Of a stretch of DNA of 64,000 bases, positions 55,233 through 64,000 are shown piece after piece. The position numbers and the translations under genes are program-made. The stretch's first letter is position 1; each line of letters starts with the position of its first letter. The notes under the pieces are model-generated. The model was given only the letters and a program-made list of their open reading frames with translations, made no database searches and was not told where the DNA came from. Location: positions 248,001-312,000 of the IMG/VR virus record IMGVR_UViG_3300024262_006558. The stretch is one strand, 5' to 3'.

Positions 55233-56243
55233 TTAATTCATAAAACTATTACTGTTATCTGCGTCTTCATCTCCATAGTCATAATCATCTCGATAGTCAT
55301 AATCATCACAATGAATATCGTAGTAAGAAGTGTCATTTACAGACACTAATCCCTTAGTGGGGCTTGTATCAATTTCACGTTTACTTAGAGCATGTTGTAG
55401 CTCTTTTCTAACACCTCTTTTGTTAGCTATATCATCAATTATATTAATCATAGCCTCTATAGCAGGAGGTTCTATATCAGACACAACTTCTTTGACATTA
55501 TCCGTAACAAAATTCAAAAGCCAAAATAATGCGTCATTAGCTACTTCAGATCTATTGATTAAACTTTTAAAAATTGGTAACTCTGGATTATCCTTATGCT
55601 CATATCCTCCGACCACAGATAACAATTGAGGTTTCACTTGATCAGCTACAAATGAGTACATTGACGTGAAGTATTTTTTAAATGTTTCGTCCTCATATCT
55701 TGCACACATGGCTGATGCAGCTAAATATGTATTGTATCCCCAAGTAGCTCCATTCTCCAAGAAAAACTCTACCATCTCCACATTATTACATGCAATAGAA
55801 AATGATAACGGAGAAGCGTCTTGTCCACTATTAACTTTTTCTAAGAAATTGTATATTGGACGAGCATTGAGTTTCATATTATCACTATGAATCTTTTTAA
55901 TTATATCATTACTATGGTGAGAAATGCATAATATTATGACTAACTGAAGATTAGTAGCCTTCATTAAATCAGAAATATTTTTTACCGTAGCTGGATTATT
56001 TCCTAGAAGAGAGTTTAGTAAATCAATTCGATTATCTTCAAGAATAACTGTTCTATAAATATCGTACCTCTTTGCTTCGCTGACTAACAAGGAAACTTCT
56101 TTTATAGTGTCATCATCGAAAGCTTTAAAAGCTTTGACTTCTACTTTTTCCCAATCAATTACATCCATGTACTCGTTAGCGAATTCATTAGTAAGTTCCA
56201 TATGTATTGGAACTGTAGTATGTATTTTATTATCCCTAGGCAT
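55233..56243 (-). CDS. Trp head + ankyrin-like repeat protein
   Basis: LTNEFANEYMDVIDW; ASPLSFSIACNNVEMVEFFLENGA. Confidence 0.75.
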   Translation of the reverse strand: MPRDNKIHTTVPIHMELTNEFANEYMDVIDWEKVEVKAFKAFDDDTIKEVSLLVSEAKRYDIYRTVILEDNRIDLLNSLLGNNPATVKNISDLMKATNLQLVIILCISHHSNDIIKKIHSDNMKLNARPIYNFLEKVNSGQDASPLSFSIACNNVEMVEFFLENGATWGYNTYLAASAMCARYEDETFKKYFTSMYSFVADQVKPQLLSVVGGYEHKDNPELPIFKSLINRSEVANDALFWLLNFVTDNVKEVVSDIEPPAIEAMINIIDDIANKRGVRKELQHALSKREIDTSPTKGLVSVNDTSYYDIHCDDYDYRDDYDYGDEDADNSNSFMN

Positions 56244-56267
56244 ATAAACAAAGTTAAGACTTTAAAA

Positions 56268-56639
56268 TTATATTAACAACAATTTGTCGAAAGTATATAG
56301 TAAACATATAGCATGTATCATTTGATCAAAACCTATTGTCCACCAAAAAAGACCCAATTTATCATGTTTATAGAAATAAGAACTAGCTTTGCTAGTAGTG
56401 AAGTCTGTAACCAAATGCAGTAATCCATTAATCATACAGAATTGTAGCACAGTCAAATAACTAACGCTAATTTCGTATACATACCAAGCTCCAAATGAGC
56501 ATGCTGTAATAATAGAAGTATAAACTAAGATATGAGCCAACAGCCATTTAAGGCTGTGGCTCTTATTAACTCCCATCTCTCTAGTCTGACATAGAAAGTC
56601 TGCTATAAAATGTGCTATTATTAACCAAATGTATTGCAT
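56268..56639 (-). CDS. DUF3307 membrane protein
   Basis: IAHFIADFLCQT...LLAHILVY...HLVTDF...GFDQMIH. Confidence 0.85.
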   Translation of the reverse strand: MQYIWLIIAHFIADFLCQTREMGVNKSHSLKWLLAHILVYTSIITACSFGAWYVYEISVSYLTVLQFCMINGLLHLVTDFTTSKASSYFYKHDKLGLFWWTIGFDQMIHAICLLYTFDKLLLI

Positions 56640-56658
56640 ATTGTTATGGTTTCATTTA

Positions 56659-57255
56659 TCAAAGTTTACCGAAGAATGCAATATTTACTTCTTTTATGAA
56701 AGATTCATAACTATCTGATCCATGAACAGAATTCTCGGTCATAGAGTGGGCGTAGTTTGCTCTCAAAGTGTTAGGGTATCTATCTGGATCATTAACGGCT
56801 GCAACTGGTCCCATGAGGTCTCTAAATGCTTTTATAGCGCCTCCATCCTCTTTCTCCAGCACAAGAATATAACTTGGTCCAGAAGACAGAAAATCTACCA
56901 ATCCATCAAAGAAGTCTTTTCCCTCATGCTCTTTGTAAAATGATCTTGCTACTGATTCTACAAATAAAACTTTCTTAGCAGCAATTACATTTAAGCCTGC
57001 TATTTTAATGTCTCCAATGATGCTGTTTACTTGATTGCCTTTTACAGCGTTTGGTTTAAGTATCGCGAATGTGTACTTATCATCAGTTGATTCAAAGTTA
57101 TCATATTGTTTCTCGAAAGACTTTAAAGCGTTAATTGGAATATCTCTATTACAACTTATTGCTTCTTCAATATCAAAATTTTCTCCAAAATTAGATTCAA
57201 AATTCTCAATTAGATTTAGAATTTCATTGGATAACTCTTTTTTATTCTGTTTCAT
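56659..57255 (-). CDS. ndk: nucleoside diphosphate kinase with N-terminal extension
   Basis: TFAILKPNAV, FYKEHEGKDFF, SSGP, TLRANY, NSVHGSDS. Confidence 0.92.
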   Translation of the reverse strand: MKQNKKELSNEILNLIENFESNFGENFDIEEAISCNRDIPINALKSFEKQYDNFESTDDKYTFAILKPNAVKGNQVNSIIGDIKIAGLNVIAAKKVLFVESVARSFYKEHEGKDFFDGLVDFLSSGPSYILVLEKEDGGAIKAFRDLMGPVAAVNDPDRYPNTLRANYAHSMTENSVHGSDSYESFIKEVNIAFFGKL

Positions 57256-57439
57256 TTTTCTTCGGTTTAATTCTTAATGTAAATAACAATGCTATCACTT
57301 GAGCTATTAAAACTCCAATAGTAAAAGGTAGTATATGCCATAGAATAAATGGGTATAATAAAAAGTATATAAAATAACTAAAGCACATGTTAGGAAATCT
57401 ATTCTCCCAATACTTTTCCGTTTTAAAATATAATCTCAT
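57242..57439 (-). CDS. small membrane protein
   Basis: ORF track, hydrophobic. Confidence 0.6.
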   Translation of the reverse strand: MRLYFKTEKYWENRFPNMCFSYFIYFLLYPFILWHILPFTIGVLIAQVIALLFTLRIKPKKNETE

Positions 57440-57993
57440 TATTTATTACTACTTCTAATTTGGCTTTTTAAACTCTGTATTGTATTTCTTGAATCCATGA
57501 ACCATGAAGTTAAATTTAAAACTTTTTCAAAAGCTTTTTGATCTTCATGTGAAACTTTAAATGTTTTGAATGTTAAAGTCTCTATCCCTGGATCATCTGG
57601 ATCTTCATCATATAGTTCACTTGTAATTCTTGCTACAAGTATATCAACGCCATTTCTTATCTTTTCCTTTTTAAGAAAAGTTCTCCTGTTAGTAAATATG
57701 TTATACACTTCTCCACTAGTAATTTCTTGTATTGATGCTTTAACTTCTAATTCATCAATATTAACAGCTTCTATATTATTGTTTTTAAAAGAAAAATCCA
57801 AAACCAAGAAATGGCTTGAGTGATCTAATGGAACATCATCGGGTAAGTCTCGTCCATATAACATGCCCCTCATGTGCATGTTTCTATGTATCGTCTCACA
57901 CTCTCCAGTGAAATGGTAATAAATAACATCACCTATATCAAACCCAAAATTTCTAACGCCTAATTCTCTAGGTGAGTATAATAAATTTTCCAT
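57439..57993 (-). CDS. hypothetical protein
   Basis: ORF track; preceded by a TATATTTG element. Confidence 0.7.
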   Translation of the reverse strand: MENLLYSPRELGVRNFGFDIGDVIYYHFTGECETIHRNMHMRGMLYGRDLPDDVPLDHSSHFLVLDFSFKNNNIEAVNIDELEVKASIQEITSGEVYNIFTNRRTFLKKEKIRNGVDILVARITSELYDEDPDDPGIETLTFKTFKVSHEDQKAFEKVLNLTSWFMDSRNTIQSLKSQIRSSNK

Positions 57994-58036
57994 ATAGGCA
58001 AATATATGGAAACCATACTCTTAAAACAAATTAGTA

Positions 58037-58399
58037 TTATAAAATATTATAATCTTTGAGCATAGATCTAATCTGCATAGTTAAACACAAAGAAAGAAGC
58101 GCAGCTATTATAGCGCTTCCATAAGAAATTTCTCCAGTCTCTATAACAAAAATGTTTGATATAAAGTATCCTATTATAATGATAGTAGTTATCATGATAG
58201 ATATCATTGGAATAAAGAAAAACTTTCTAGTCCTTGACAACTCTTGTTCTAGCTGTTCTATTAAATCTAGATGTATCTGCATATATTGGTCTACATCTAC
58301 TTTAGCTTCTTTATAAGAAAAATAAAAACGCTTTCTAATTTTCGGTGTCTTCTTCGAAATCATCGAATTCTCTGGGGGGCCTTGGTGGTATGTATCCAT
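58037..58399 (-). CDS. membrane protein
   Basis: Two C-terminal TM helices. Confidence 0.65.
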   Translation of the reverse strand: MDTYHQGPPENSMISKKTPKIRKRFYFSYKEAKVDVDQYMQIHLDLIEQLEQELSRTRKFFFIPMISIMITTIIIIGYFISNIFVIETGEISYGSAIIAALLSLCLTMQIRSMLKDYNIL

Positions 58400-58610
58400 A
58401 CGCTCTTAGAATAATTTTGATTGCAAATGTAAATGGTATTAGCGAAATTAACGATAGGATTAAATAATCCTGTATAGTTTGTATATTTTCCTGTTCAAGA
58501 ACATTACTTATGAATAAGAGGGTGTTGACAATTATAACTAAGCCCATAAAGACTCTTGTGTACCTTCCATACACTTCATCTTTATACTTACCCCCTCTTT
58601 TATAACTCAT
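58335..58610 (-). CDS. membrane protein
   Basis: Two TM helices. Confidence 0.6.
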   Translation of the reverse strand: MSYKRGGKYKDEVYGRYTRVFMGLVIIVNTLLFISNVLEQENIQTIQDYLILSLISLIPFTFAIKIILRAYGYIPPRPPREFDDFEEDTEN

Positions 58611-58620
58611 TCTACATCAT

Positions 58621-59445
58621 TTATTCTTTTTTTGGAGTTACAGTTTTTACTTGTTCTACACCTTTCTCTTTTACAGAGAAATGGTCATCTATATTAACAA
58701 TTGATGTATATATAGAGAACGTTATCATAAGCGCTATTATACCCATAACCACCCTATATATAATTATCCGTCTTTTTACGCTTTTCTCAATTCTCTCTCT
58801 ATTATTTTGACCTTCTGCTTCCGTTAGGTCTCGAAGCTGGTCTAATAAATTTTGCAATGCTGGATTTGCTGCAACTTCACCTGCACCTGCACCTGCATCA
58901 ACTGCATATTCATCTTCAAAACCAACCTCATCTTCTAAACCAACCTCATCTTCTAAACTTTCTTTCTCTTGTTTATATGCAGCTAGACTTTGAAATTCGA
59001 AATTACTTACGATTTTATCTTTGTGTTTTTCTAAAAACTCGGTAGATAGATCTTGGCATAAAAAAATTGCACACCAATCTAACACATCTTGATATTCTTC
59101 AATAAAATCTTCACTAAGTTTTTGAGTCTCAGATATCAAGTCACCATCAAATAATTCTATATTCTTACTTATTATGCTTTCTTCTATATAATAATTTCTA
59201 CATATATCTTTATATGCTGCAATTACGGATTGATTATATATTCTAGCTTTAAAGTTATATAAGTCATCAACTGGATTTCGTGAAACATCTACCACTATTT
59301 TTCTGTAACACAAATCTGGATTTAGTGATTTTTGTGGAGTTGTAGATTCTTTCAGCTCAGCAATCGAATTACCTACCAGGCTAATTAAACTAATATATTC
59401 ATCAATTTTATCCTTAAACTCTTTTTCTGTCGTAATGGTTTTCAT
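58621..59445 (-). CDS. Trp-repeat protein with C-terminal TM anchor
   Basis: LSEDFIEEYQDVLDWCAIFLCQDLSTEFLEKHKDKI. Confidence 0.75.
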   Translation of the reverse strand: MKTITTEKEFKDKIDEYISLISLVGNSIAELKESTTPQKSLNPDLCYRKIVVDVSRNPVDDLYNFKARIYNQSVIAAYKDICRNYYIEESIISKNIELFDGDLISETQKLSEDFIEEYQDVLDWCAIFLCQDLSTEFLEKHKDKIVSNFEFQSLAAYKQEKESLEDEVGLEDEVGFEDEYAVDAGAGAGEVAANPALQNLLDQLRDLTEAEGQNNRERIEKSVKRRIIIYRVVMGIIALMITFSIYTSIVNIDDHFSVKEKGVEQVKTVTPKKE

Positions 59446-59469
59446 ATGATCAAATATAAATAAAAGTTA

Positions 59470-59700
59470 TTAATAAATCATAAATTCTGAAAACTCTTTT
59501 AAAAAATAATCTTCTTTTTGAGTTGTATCCAGTACTTCCCATACTAAATCGAATTTAAATTGTTGATAGAAGTTATGTGAAAAATTATCTGGATTCATAA
59601 AAAAAGAGAATGCATGCCAATCTACCTCATCAGCATGGTCAATTATTTCTTGTTCAGTTACAAGTTTATATTCATGATAGTTACTCCATTTTTTTACCAT
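59470..59700 (-). CDS. stand-alone Trp module protein
   Basis: TEQEIIDHADEVDW...FSHNFYQQFKFDLVW. Confidence 0.7.
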   Translation of the reverse strand: MVKKWSNYHEYKLVTEQEIIDHADEVDWHAFSFFMNPDNFSHNFYQQFKFDLVWEVLDTTQKEDYFLKEFSEFMIY

Positions 59701-60499
59701 CTAACAATCCATTTCTTATTTCATAATTATCTTTCATAATCTTCCATCTAGACCATTCTTTAGGCGTAATTGATACATCATGATCCATCAAGCATCTATA
59801 TTTAGACTCTTCTGAAACTTTTATGTTTCTAATAATGTTATCCCATGTTATTTTATCTGCAAACTCAATTAAAAAGTCTAGTGACATTGATTGCTTTAGA
59901 GATAAACTTGTCCAATCAAGTTCATTTGAGTAATCTTTCATAAACTGTTCAGAAATAACTCTGCTAAATGAAATTGTTTTAAAGAAACTTTTAAGGGAGC
60001 TAGACAGTTCTGGTTCGGACAATAAATAAGAATTATTATCTATTATAGCCCTCTGTCTTTCAATCAACTCTCTCATGAAATCTTCTTCATCACCTAAGTT
60101 GATTGACATATTATTAAGAATGTAAGCGGGAACTAAAGAGTCTATAAATTCTTTAGCAAAATTTAAGCTCATAGTTTTGTTTGCGCTTATTAATGACCAA
60201 TTGAGTTCCCCTCTAAAACTTTCAAAGAAATCTGAGCTGAACTTTTTTATATCCATGCTCATTGCTAAAGCTTCAAAATCTATCTTGTCAGCCCAGCATG
60301 TTGCTTCTTCTTCGGTTATGGTTGGGTAATTAAAAACTTTATCTTTAATCAATTTTTCTTTAAACGACATGCCTGAGTTTTCCCTCAGCCAGTCTTTTAT
60401 GAAGTTTAAATCTTCATCCCTATGATCTAAACTATAAGCTCTTCCTTGGGTTACAAGTTGAGAGGTATAGGCTTTTTTTACATCTTCTTTATTTGCCAT
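59681..60499 (-). CDS. tryptophan-repeat family protein
   Basis: Multiple LxW..IS...MSLxF repeats. Confidence 0.8.
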   Translation of the reverse strand: MANKEDVKKAYTSQLVTQGRAYSLDHRDEDLNFIKDWLRENSGMSFKEKLIKDKVFNYPTITEEEATCWADKIDFEALAMSMDIKKFSSDFFESFRGELNWSLISANKTMSLNFAKEFIDSLVPAYILNNMSINLGDEEDFMRELIERQRAIIDNNSYLLSEPELSSSLKSFFKTISFSRVISEQFMKDYSNELDWTSLSLKQSMSLDFLIEFADKITWDNIIRNIKVSEESKYRCLMDHDVSITPKEWSRWKIMKDNYEIRNGLLDGKKME

Positions 60500-60525
60500 T
60501 TACATTAATGTAATAAAACATATAC

Positions 60526-60999
60526 TTATTTTGTAGCTAGTTTGTATTTAAACTTCTCTTTAACTGATGGGGAAATTCTTTCATTATTCATAATAGATCT
60601 CCAACAAACTTCATCTTGATATTCTTCCACTAATTCATTAGTGATATATTTTGAATAACTTAACGCTGCAAAGTCCATTGTGTCAGCAAAATATCTAATG
60701 TTTTCCTGATTCTCTAAAAACTTCTTGCCTTGACTCATAGTTATAGACCAGTTAATTTTATCTTTGAATTGCTTGAAGAATTCTATATCACTATTTTTTT
60801 TAGAAAGCTCTATCCAAGATAAAGAGTCACGAAACTCTTCTATAAAGTCTAGAGATAAATCTTCACGCATTGATATAGCGTTCCAAAATATTGACTTTGT
60901 GTTTAATTTAAAATAATCAAATGAATATTTTTCAAAATCACAGTTTTTAGAAAACTCTAGCCAAAAACTTAAATTACTTTGATTCTTTTGTATCTTCAT
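60526..60999 (-). CDS. tryptophan-repeat family protein
   Basis: IFWNAISMREDLSLDFIEEFRDSLSWIELS. Confidence 0.8.
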   Translation of the reverse strand: MKIQKNQSNLSFWLEFSKNCDFEKYSFDYFKLNTKSIFWNAISMREDLSLDFIEEFRDSLSWIELSKKNSDIEFFKQFKDKINWSITMSQGKKFLENQENIRYFADTMDFAALSYSKYITNELVEEYQDEVCWRSIMNNERISPSVKEKFKYKLATK

Positions 61000-61330
61000 C
61001 TGGCTGAAATTTTATAAGAATAAACTCTAATTTTTGTTGTAATATAGAAAGCTCTGCATACGTAGCTTCAATAAGATCATCAACGTTTTCAGTAATATAA
61101 TTATCCCATTCAGAAACAACTTTTTCAACTCCATAATCATTTAACAAAAGCTCTAGATCTCTACTGGCTGTATACTTAATCAAAGATATAAGAAACATTT
61201 GTTTAGTCATGTCATGTATTAAATCTGGTTTAATACTTTTAGCTACAGATCTTAACGTGCTCATTGTTGAGCCATTGAATAAAGATGTTGCTAACTCATT
61301 TGATATGGGTCCAAATTCTTTAAGTTTCAT
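60974..61330 (-). CDS. hypothetical protein
   Basis: ORF track. Confidence 0.65.
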   Translation of the reverse strand: MKLKEFGPISNELATSLFNGSTMSTLRSVAKSIKPDLIHDMTKQMFLISLIKYTASRDLELLLNDYGVEKVVSEWDNYITENVDDLIEATYAELSILQQKLEFILIKFQPDEDTKESK

Positions 61331-62274
61331 TTCTTGTTATGTTTTAATTTTATCTTTTCTATGTTCTTAGTTCCTAGATAATCTATAGAGTCTCCACTTT
61401 TAGAATGGCTTCCTCCACTTCTTTCTAGTTGTAATTGCTCTAAAGATTCTGCGGCTTTAATTATCTCTGCATGATTAGCAGGTTTCTTATTAGAAGATGT
61501 AGGGATTAACTTCAATCTAGGCTCTGGAACATAAGAATCCTTTATAGTTTTTATTATATGATCAGGATAAGATTTAAACTCCTCTGAATTAAAACTGGAA
61601 TACTCTATATATACTCCTTTTCCTCTCCAAAAAGCATCCATAAAGAAATGAGTTAACTGATCCATGAAAACTAATTCCATACTCCAGCTTATTTCTATGC
61701 AGTCTTGTATTAACAATCCTAAATCATAACGATTCATTCTTAGGAACTTTTTAAATAGTTCAGCGTCCTCGCTCTCCATTATCTTTCCTAAGAACTTAGT
61801 GACTCTCTTTTGCTTATATTCAAATTCTTGAGTAGTTACTTCTTTAAATCTTTTCAAATACGACTTTTCTATAAGCCCGTTTTCTTTCAAGAAAGTATAC
61901 ACTGGAGTAAAATAAGATTTTCTATGTTGTGCAAACAGCAGCTCTTCACCACTTCTTCCAAACATAGAAAAATTATAGATAGTTTCACTATCCACAAGAT
62001 CTCCATTAAGCATTTCAATATAACAAACAGGAGTTCCGCTGTTAGCATTTATCAATACAAAAGAATTATATTTACCTAAAGCATGTCTAGCTGTATCAAT
62101 GTCTTCCCAGTGATTTTCCAAATATAATCCATACATTAGATAAGCTTCTAATGTTAATGGCTTTACTAATTGCAAATCATTTTCTTCTATCTCAAGAGCT
62201 ATTTGATAATCTTGATCCTGGACTAGTTCTATTTTATCAAAGAAGGATTCATTTTTATCTTGTTCTGAGATCAT
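61327..62274 (-). CDS. hypothetical protein
   Basis: ORF track. Confidence 0.7.
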   Translation of the reverse strand: MISEQDKNESFFDKIELVQDQDYQIALEIEENDLQLVKPLTLEAYLMYGLYLENHWEDIDTARHALGKYNSFVLINANSGTPVCYIEMLNGDLVDSETIYNFSMFGRSGEELLFAQHRKSYFTPVYTFLKENGLIEKSYLKRFKEVTTQEFEYKQKRVTKFLGKIMESEDAELFKKFLRMNRYDLGLLIQDCIEISWSMELVFMDQLTHFFMDAFWRGKGVYIEYSSFNSEEFKSYPDHIIKTIKDSYVPEPRLKLIPTSSNKKPANHAEIIKAAESLEQLQLERSGGSHSKSGDSIDYLGTKNIEKIKLKHNKK

Positions 62275-62284
62275 AAGAGTTTAT

Positions 62285-62602
62285 TTATATAATTTCTACA
62301 GACTTCCAAGTGTCAGTCACCTTCTTGCGGCATACTACAAATTCACGAAGAACGTTTTCAAATATCATGTAATGCACTAATGTATCATCATCATGATCCT
62401 CTTCTAGTATGCTAAAAAGATCTTTAACAACATCAGCTTTAGTAAATGTGCTATTCATAACAGAAGGAGCACTCAGATCATAACTATCTGTTATTACTGC
62501 TTCTTTTATTAATTTCAATTCAGCAATTGTAATAGTCTCTTTTTCTTTTTCAACCCCGTTAGCGTTAAACACTTTCGTAACTGTTGTAATTGGTCTTTTC
62601 AT
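62285..62602 (-). CDS. hypothetical protein
   Basis: ORF track. Confidence 0.65.
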   Translation of the reverse strand: MKRPITTVTKVFNANGVEKEKETITIAELKLIKEAVITDSYDLSAPSVMNSTFTKADVVKDLFSILEEDHDDDTLVHYMIFENVLREFVVCRKKVTDTWKSVEII

Positions 62603-63266
62603 CTTTGTTTATTTGATTTAACATGTAATCGATAAGTCTGTCAGCTTCATCTTCAAGATCTTTGAAGTTATACTCTGAATTTTGCTCGCATATCACTTCA
62701 ACAAACTTACTAAAAATATTTGAATTAAACCACATTATTTGGTTTAATTGCTTAATGTCTGGGTTTGAAATTAAACAAGATTTAATTGAAAAATATGTTA
62801 CAAGTAGCTCCTCTTCAGCTTCTATGAAATCCATCTCTTCTTGAGTTAAGTCTTCATTTATGGTATGAAACACTTCTCTATTCATTCTTTTAGGGTGCAT
62901 AGTGCTATGGCCTAATTCATGAAACATGAGTTGATAATACATTAAAGGGTTTGAAAAAAACCCTTTAGATAAAGTGTGTATCTTGTCATGTTTGGGATGA
63001 TATATAGGATCTTCATAATCTCCAGACATATAAATTATTTTAGGTTTGCCTGACCAATTATCTATTAAGTTTTCTAGAGTTTGATTGGGTTTAAAAGTTT
63101 CTTTACGTTTATTGCTAAATCTTAAAAATACACCGCAACTACCAGTTAAGTTCTTTTTAAACCAACTGAAAATAACTCTTATAAAATAAGGTGTCTTCAC
63201 AGTTTTTCTATGAAGACGTATTAATTGTAAAGTTATAGATATGTTAGGATCAAAATTATTTATCAT
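62565..63266 (-). CDS. zincin-like metallopeptidase (ArdC/MPTase-like HExxH)
   Basis: YYQLMFHELGHSTMHPKRMNR...EEELL. Confidence 0.7.
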   Translation of the reverse strand: MINNFDPNISITLQLIRLHRKTVKTPYFIRVIFSWFKKNLTGSCGVFLRFSNKRKETFKPNQTLENLIDNWSGKPKIIYMSGDYEDPIYHPKHDKIHTLSKGFFSNPLMYYQLMFHELGHSTMHPKRMNREVFHTINEDLTQEEMDFIEAEEELLVTYFSIKSCLISNPDIKQLNQIMWFNSNIFSKFVEVICEQNSEYNFKDLEDEADRLIDYMLNQINKDEKTNYNSYESV

Positions 63267-63846
63267 ATTTATTATTTAATTTATGACCTAAAACTGCCAC
63301 GAATATACACATAACCTCTACCGCTACAAAATCTCTAAAACCATTTCTTGCAGATATGTTTTTTGTATTTTTTATAACTCCTTCTGTAACATTTTGATTG
63401 CCGCTTGCATACTTGGTGATAACTTCAATATTATGTTCTCCATCAACGTTAACTACTTTAATCATTGCTTTTGCTAATACCTTTTTATCTAATCTTCCAT
63501 AAATAGATACATAGGCTTTAGCAAACTCTATATCTTCTTCTGGCCAAGGTTCAGCATATCCAGTAGTAGATATCCCATAGTCTGATTTCATTTTGTCAGA
63601 TATACCTTTAGACATTTCATCAGCAACCCTTTCACTTACACAATTTACCTCTTTTGCATGTAAATAATTTACACCTAAAATGTTTACTTTATGAGTTAAA
63701 TTGTATGCAGTAATACCTCCTTCAAAGAAACTTGATGATCCCGATATACTAGCAAACGCGTCCTGAAGTTTACCTGCAGTAATACTTTCCGCAACAGCTA
63801 CAGTAGCCCCTTCTAAAATTAATAACTTCTTTATGGAATCAATCAT
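63256..63846 (-). CDS. CinA C-terminal domain / nicotinamide-nucleotide amidohydrolase (PncC-like)
   Basis: VAVAESITAGKL, SGSSSFFEGGITAY, VSERVADEM, GISTTGYA. Confidence 0.88.
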   Translation of the reverse strand: MIDSIKKLLILEGATVAVAESITAGKLQDAFASISGSSSFFEGGITAYNLTHKVNILGVNYLHAKEVNCVSERVADEMSKGISDKMKSDYGISTTGYAEPWPEEDIEFAKAYVSIYGRLDKKVLAKAMIKVVNVDGEHNIEVITKYASGNQNVTEGVIKNTKNISARNGFRDFVAVEVMCIFVAVLGHKLNNKYDK

Positions 63847-64000
63847 CCTTTTCTTGTTTTAAGTCTCTCATAAGCCCTCTGTATGCTCCTATATTTGTTA
63901 ACAAGGAGAAAAGTCCAGTTCCTACAAACAGAAGACATATTATTTCAGGTCTAGCTGTTTTATTTTCTTGATCCATTTCATAATGAGACACGAAAGTTTT
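63839..64000 (-). CDS. 3' end of a membrane-anchored hypothetical protein (partial)
   Basis: Frame open from the window end to TGA at 63839-63841; IICLLFVGTGLFSLL. Confidence 0.5.
   Translation of the reverse strand, partial: KTFVSHYEMDQENKTARPEIICLLFVGTGLFSLLTNIGAYRGLMRDLKQEKDD

Larger units (their letters stand above)
7730..59458. promoter_or_regulatory. Bacteroidota housekeeping-sigma -7 elements (TAnnTTTG)
   Basis: TATATTTG on + at 7730-7737 and 21259-21266; on - at 43187-43194, 49826-49833, 57999-58006 and 59451-59458; TACTTTTG on - at 17099-17106; each is upstream of a gene or RNA. Confidence 0.7.

Noticed and set aside
28182-64000. Eukaryotic giant virus (NCLDV) origin of the window
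   Set aside because: Despite the ankyrin, MORN-like and Trp repeats, the ECF sigma, TAnnTTTG promoters, intrinsic terminators, lipoboxes, overlapping operonic genes and parS are bacterial or phage traits.

Overview
AT-rich 64 kb segment that looks like the accessory part of a large (jumbo-type) phage or phage-plasmid of a Bacteroidota host. Evidence for the host: no Shine-Dalgarno leaders, TAnnTTTG promoters, Bacteroidota-type lipoproteins and an ECF sigma factor. No capsid, terminase or polymerase genes were recognised. Positions 1-25.9 kb run on the + strand and hold: (i) four attC-like palindromes flanking single genes, with cross-cassette complementarity, i.e. an integron-like cassette array; (ii) about 40 small hypothetical genes separated by 26 copies of a fixed-length 36-bp promoter-like repeat; (iii) three non-canonical tRNA-like genes; (iv) an ECF sigma gene with matching TGAAAC-N16/17-CGT promoters; (v) a ~420-nt pseudoknotted ncRNA candidate; (vi) a 7-gene tandem array of HREDGPA-repeat proteins. 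Positions 25.9-28.2 kb are a non-coding convergence zone with repeated 30-mers, hairpins and a perfect parS palindrome. Positions 28.2-64 kb run on the - strand and hold about 25 genes sharing a short N-terminal Trp-repeat-like module, fused to ankyrin, HREDGPA or membrane domains. That arm also has two interrupted tRNA genes and genes for a TerD-domain protein, DEDDh exonuclease, pyrimidine-dimer glycosylase, PcfJ, NDK, DUF3307, a zincin and PncC/CinA. All calls come from reading the sequence by eye; no database searches were run.
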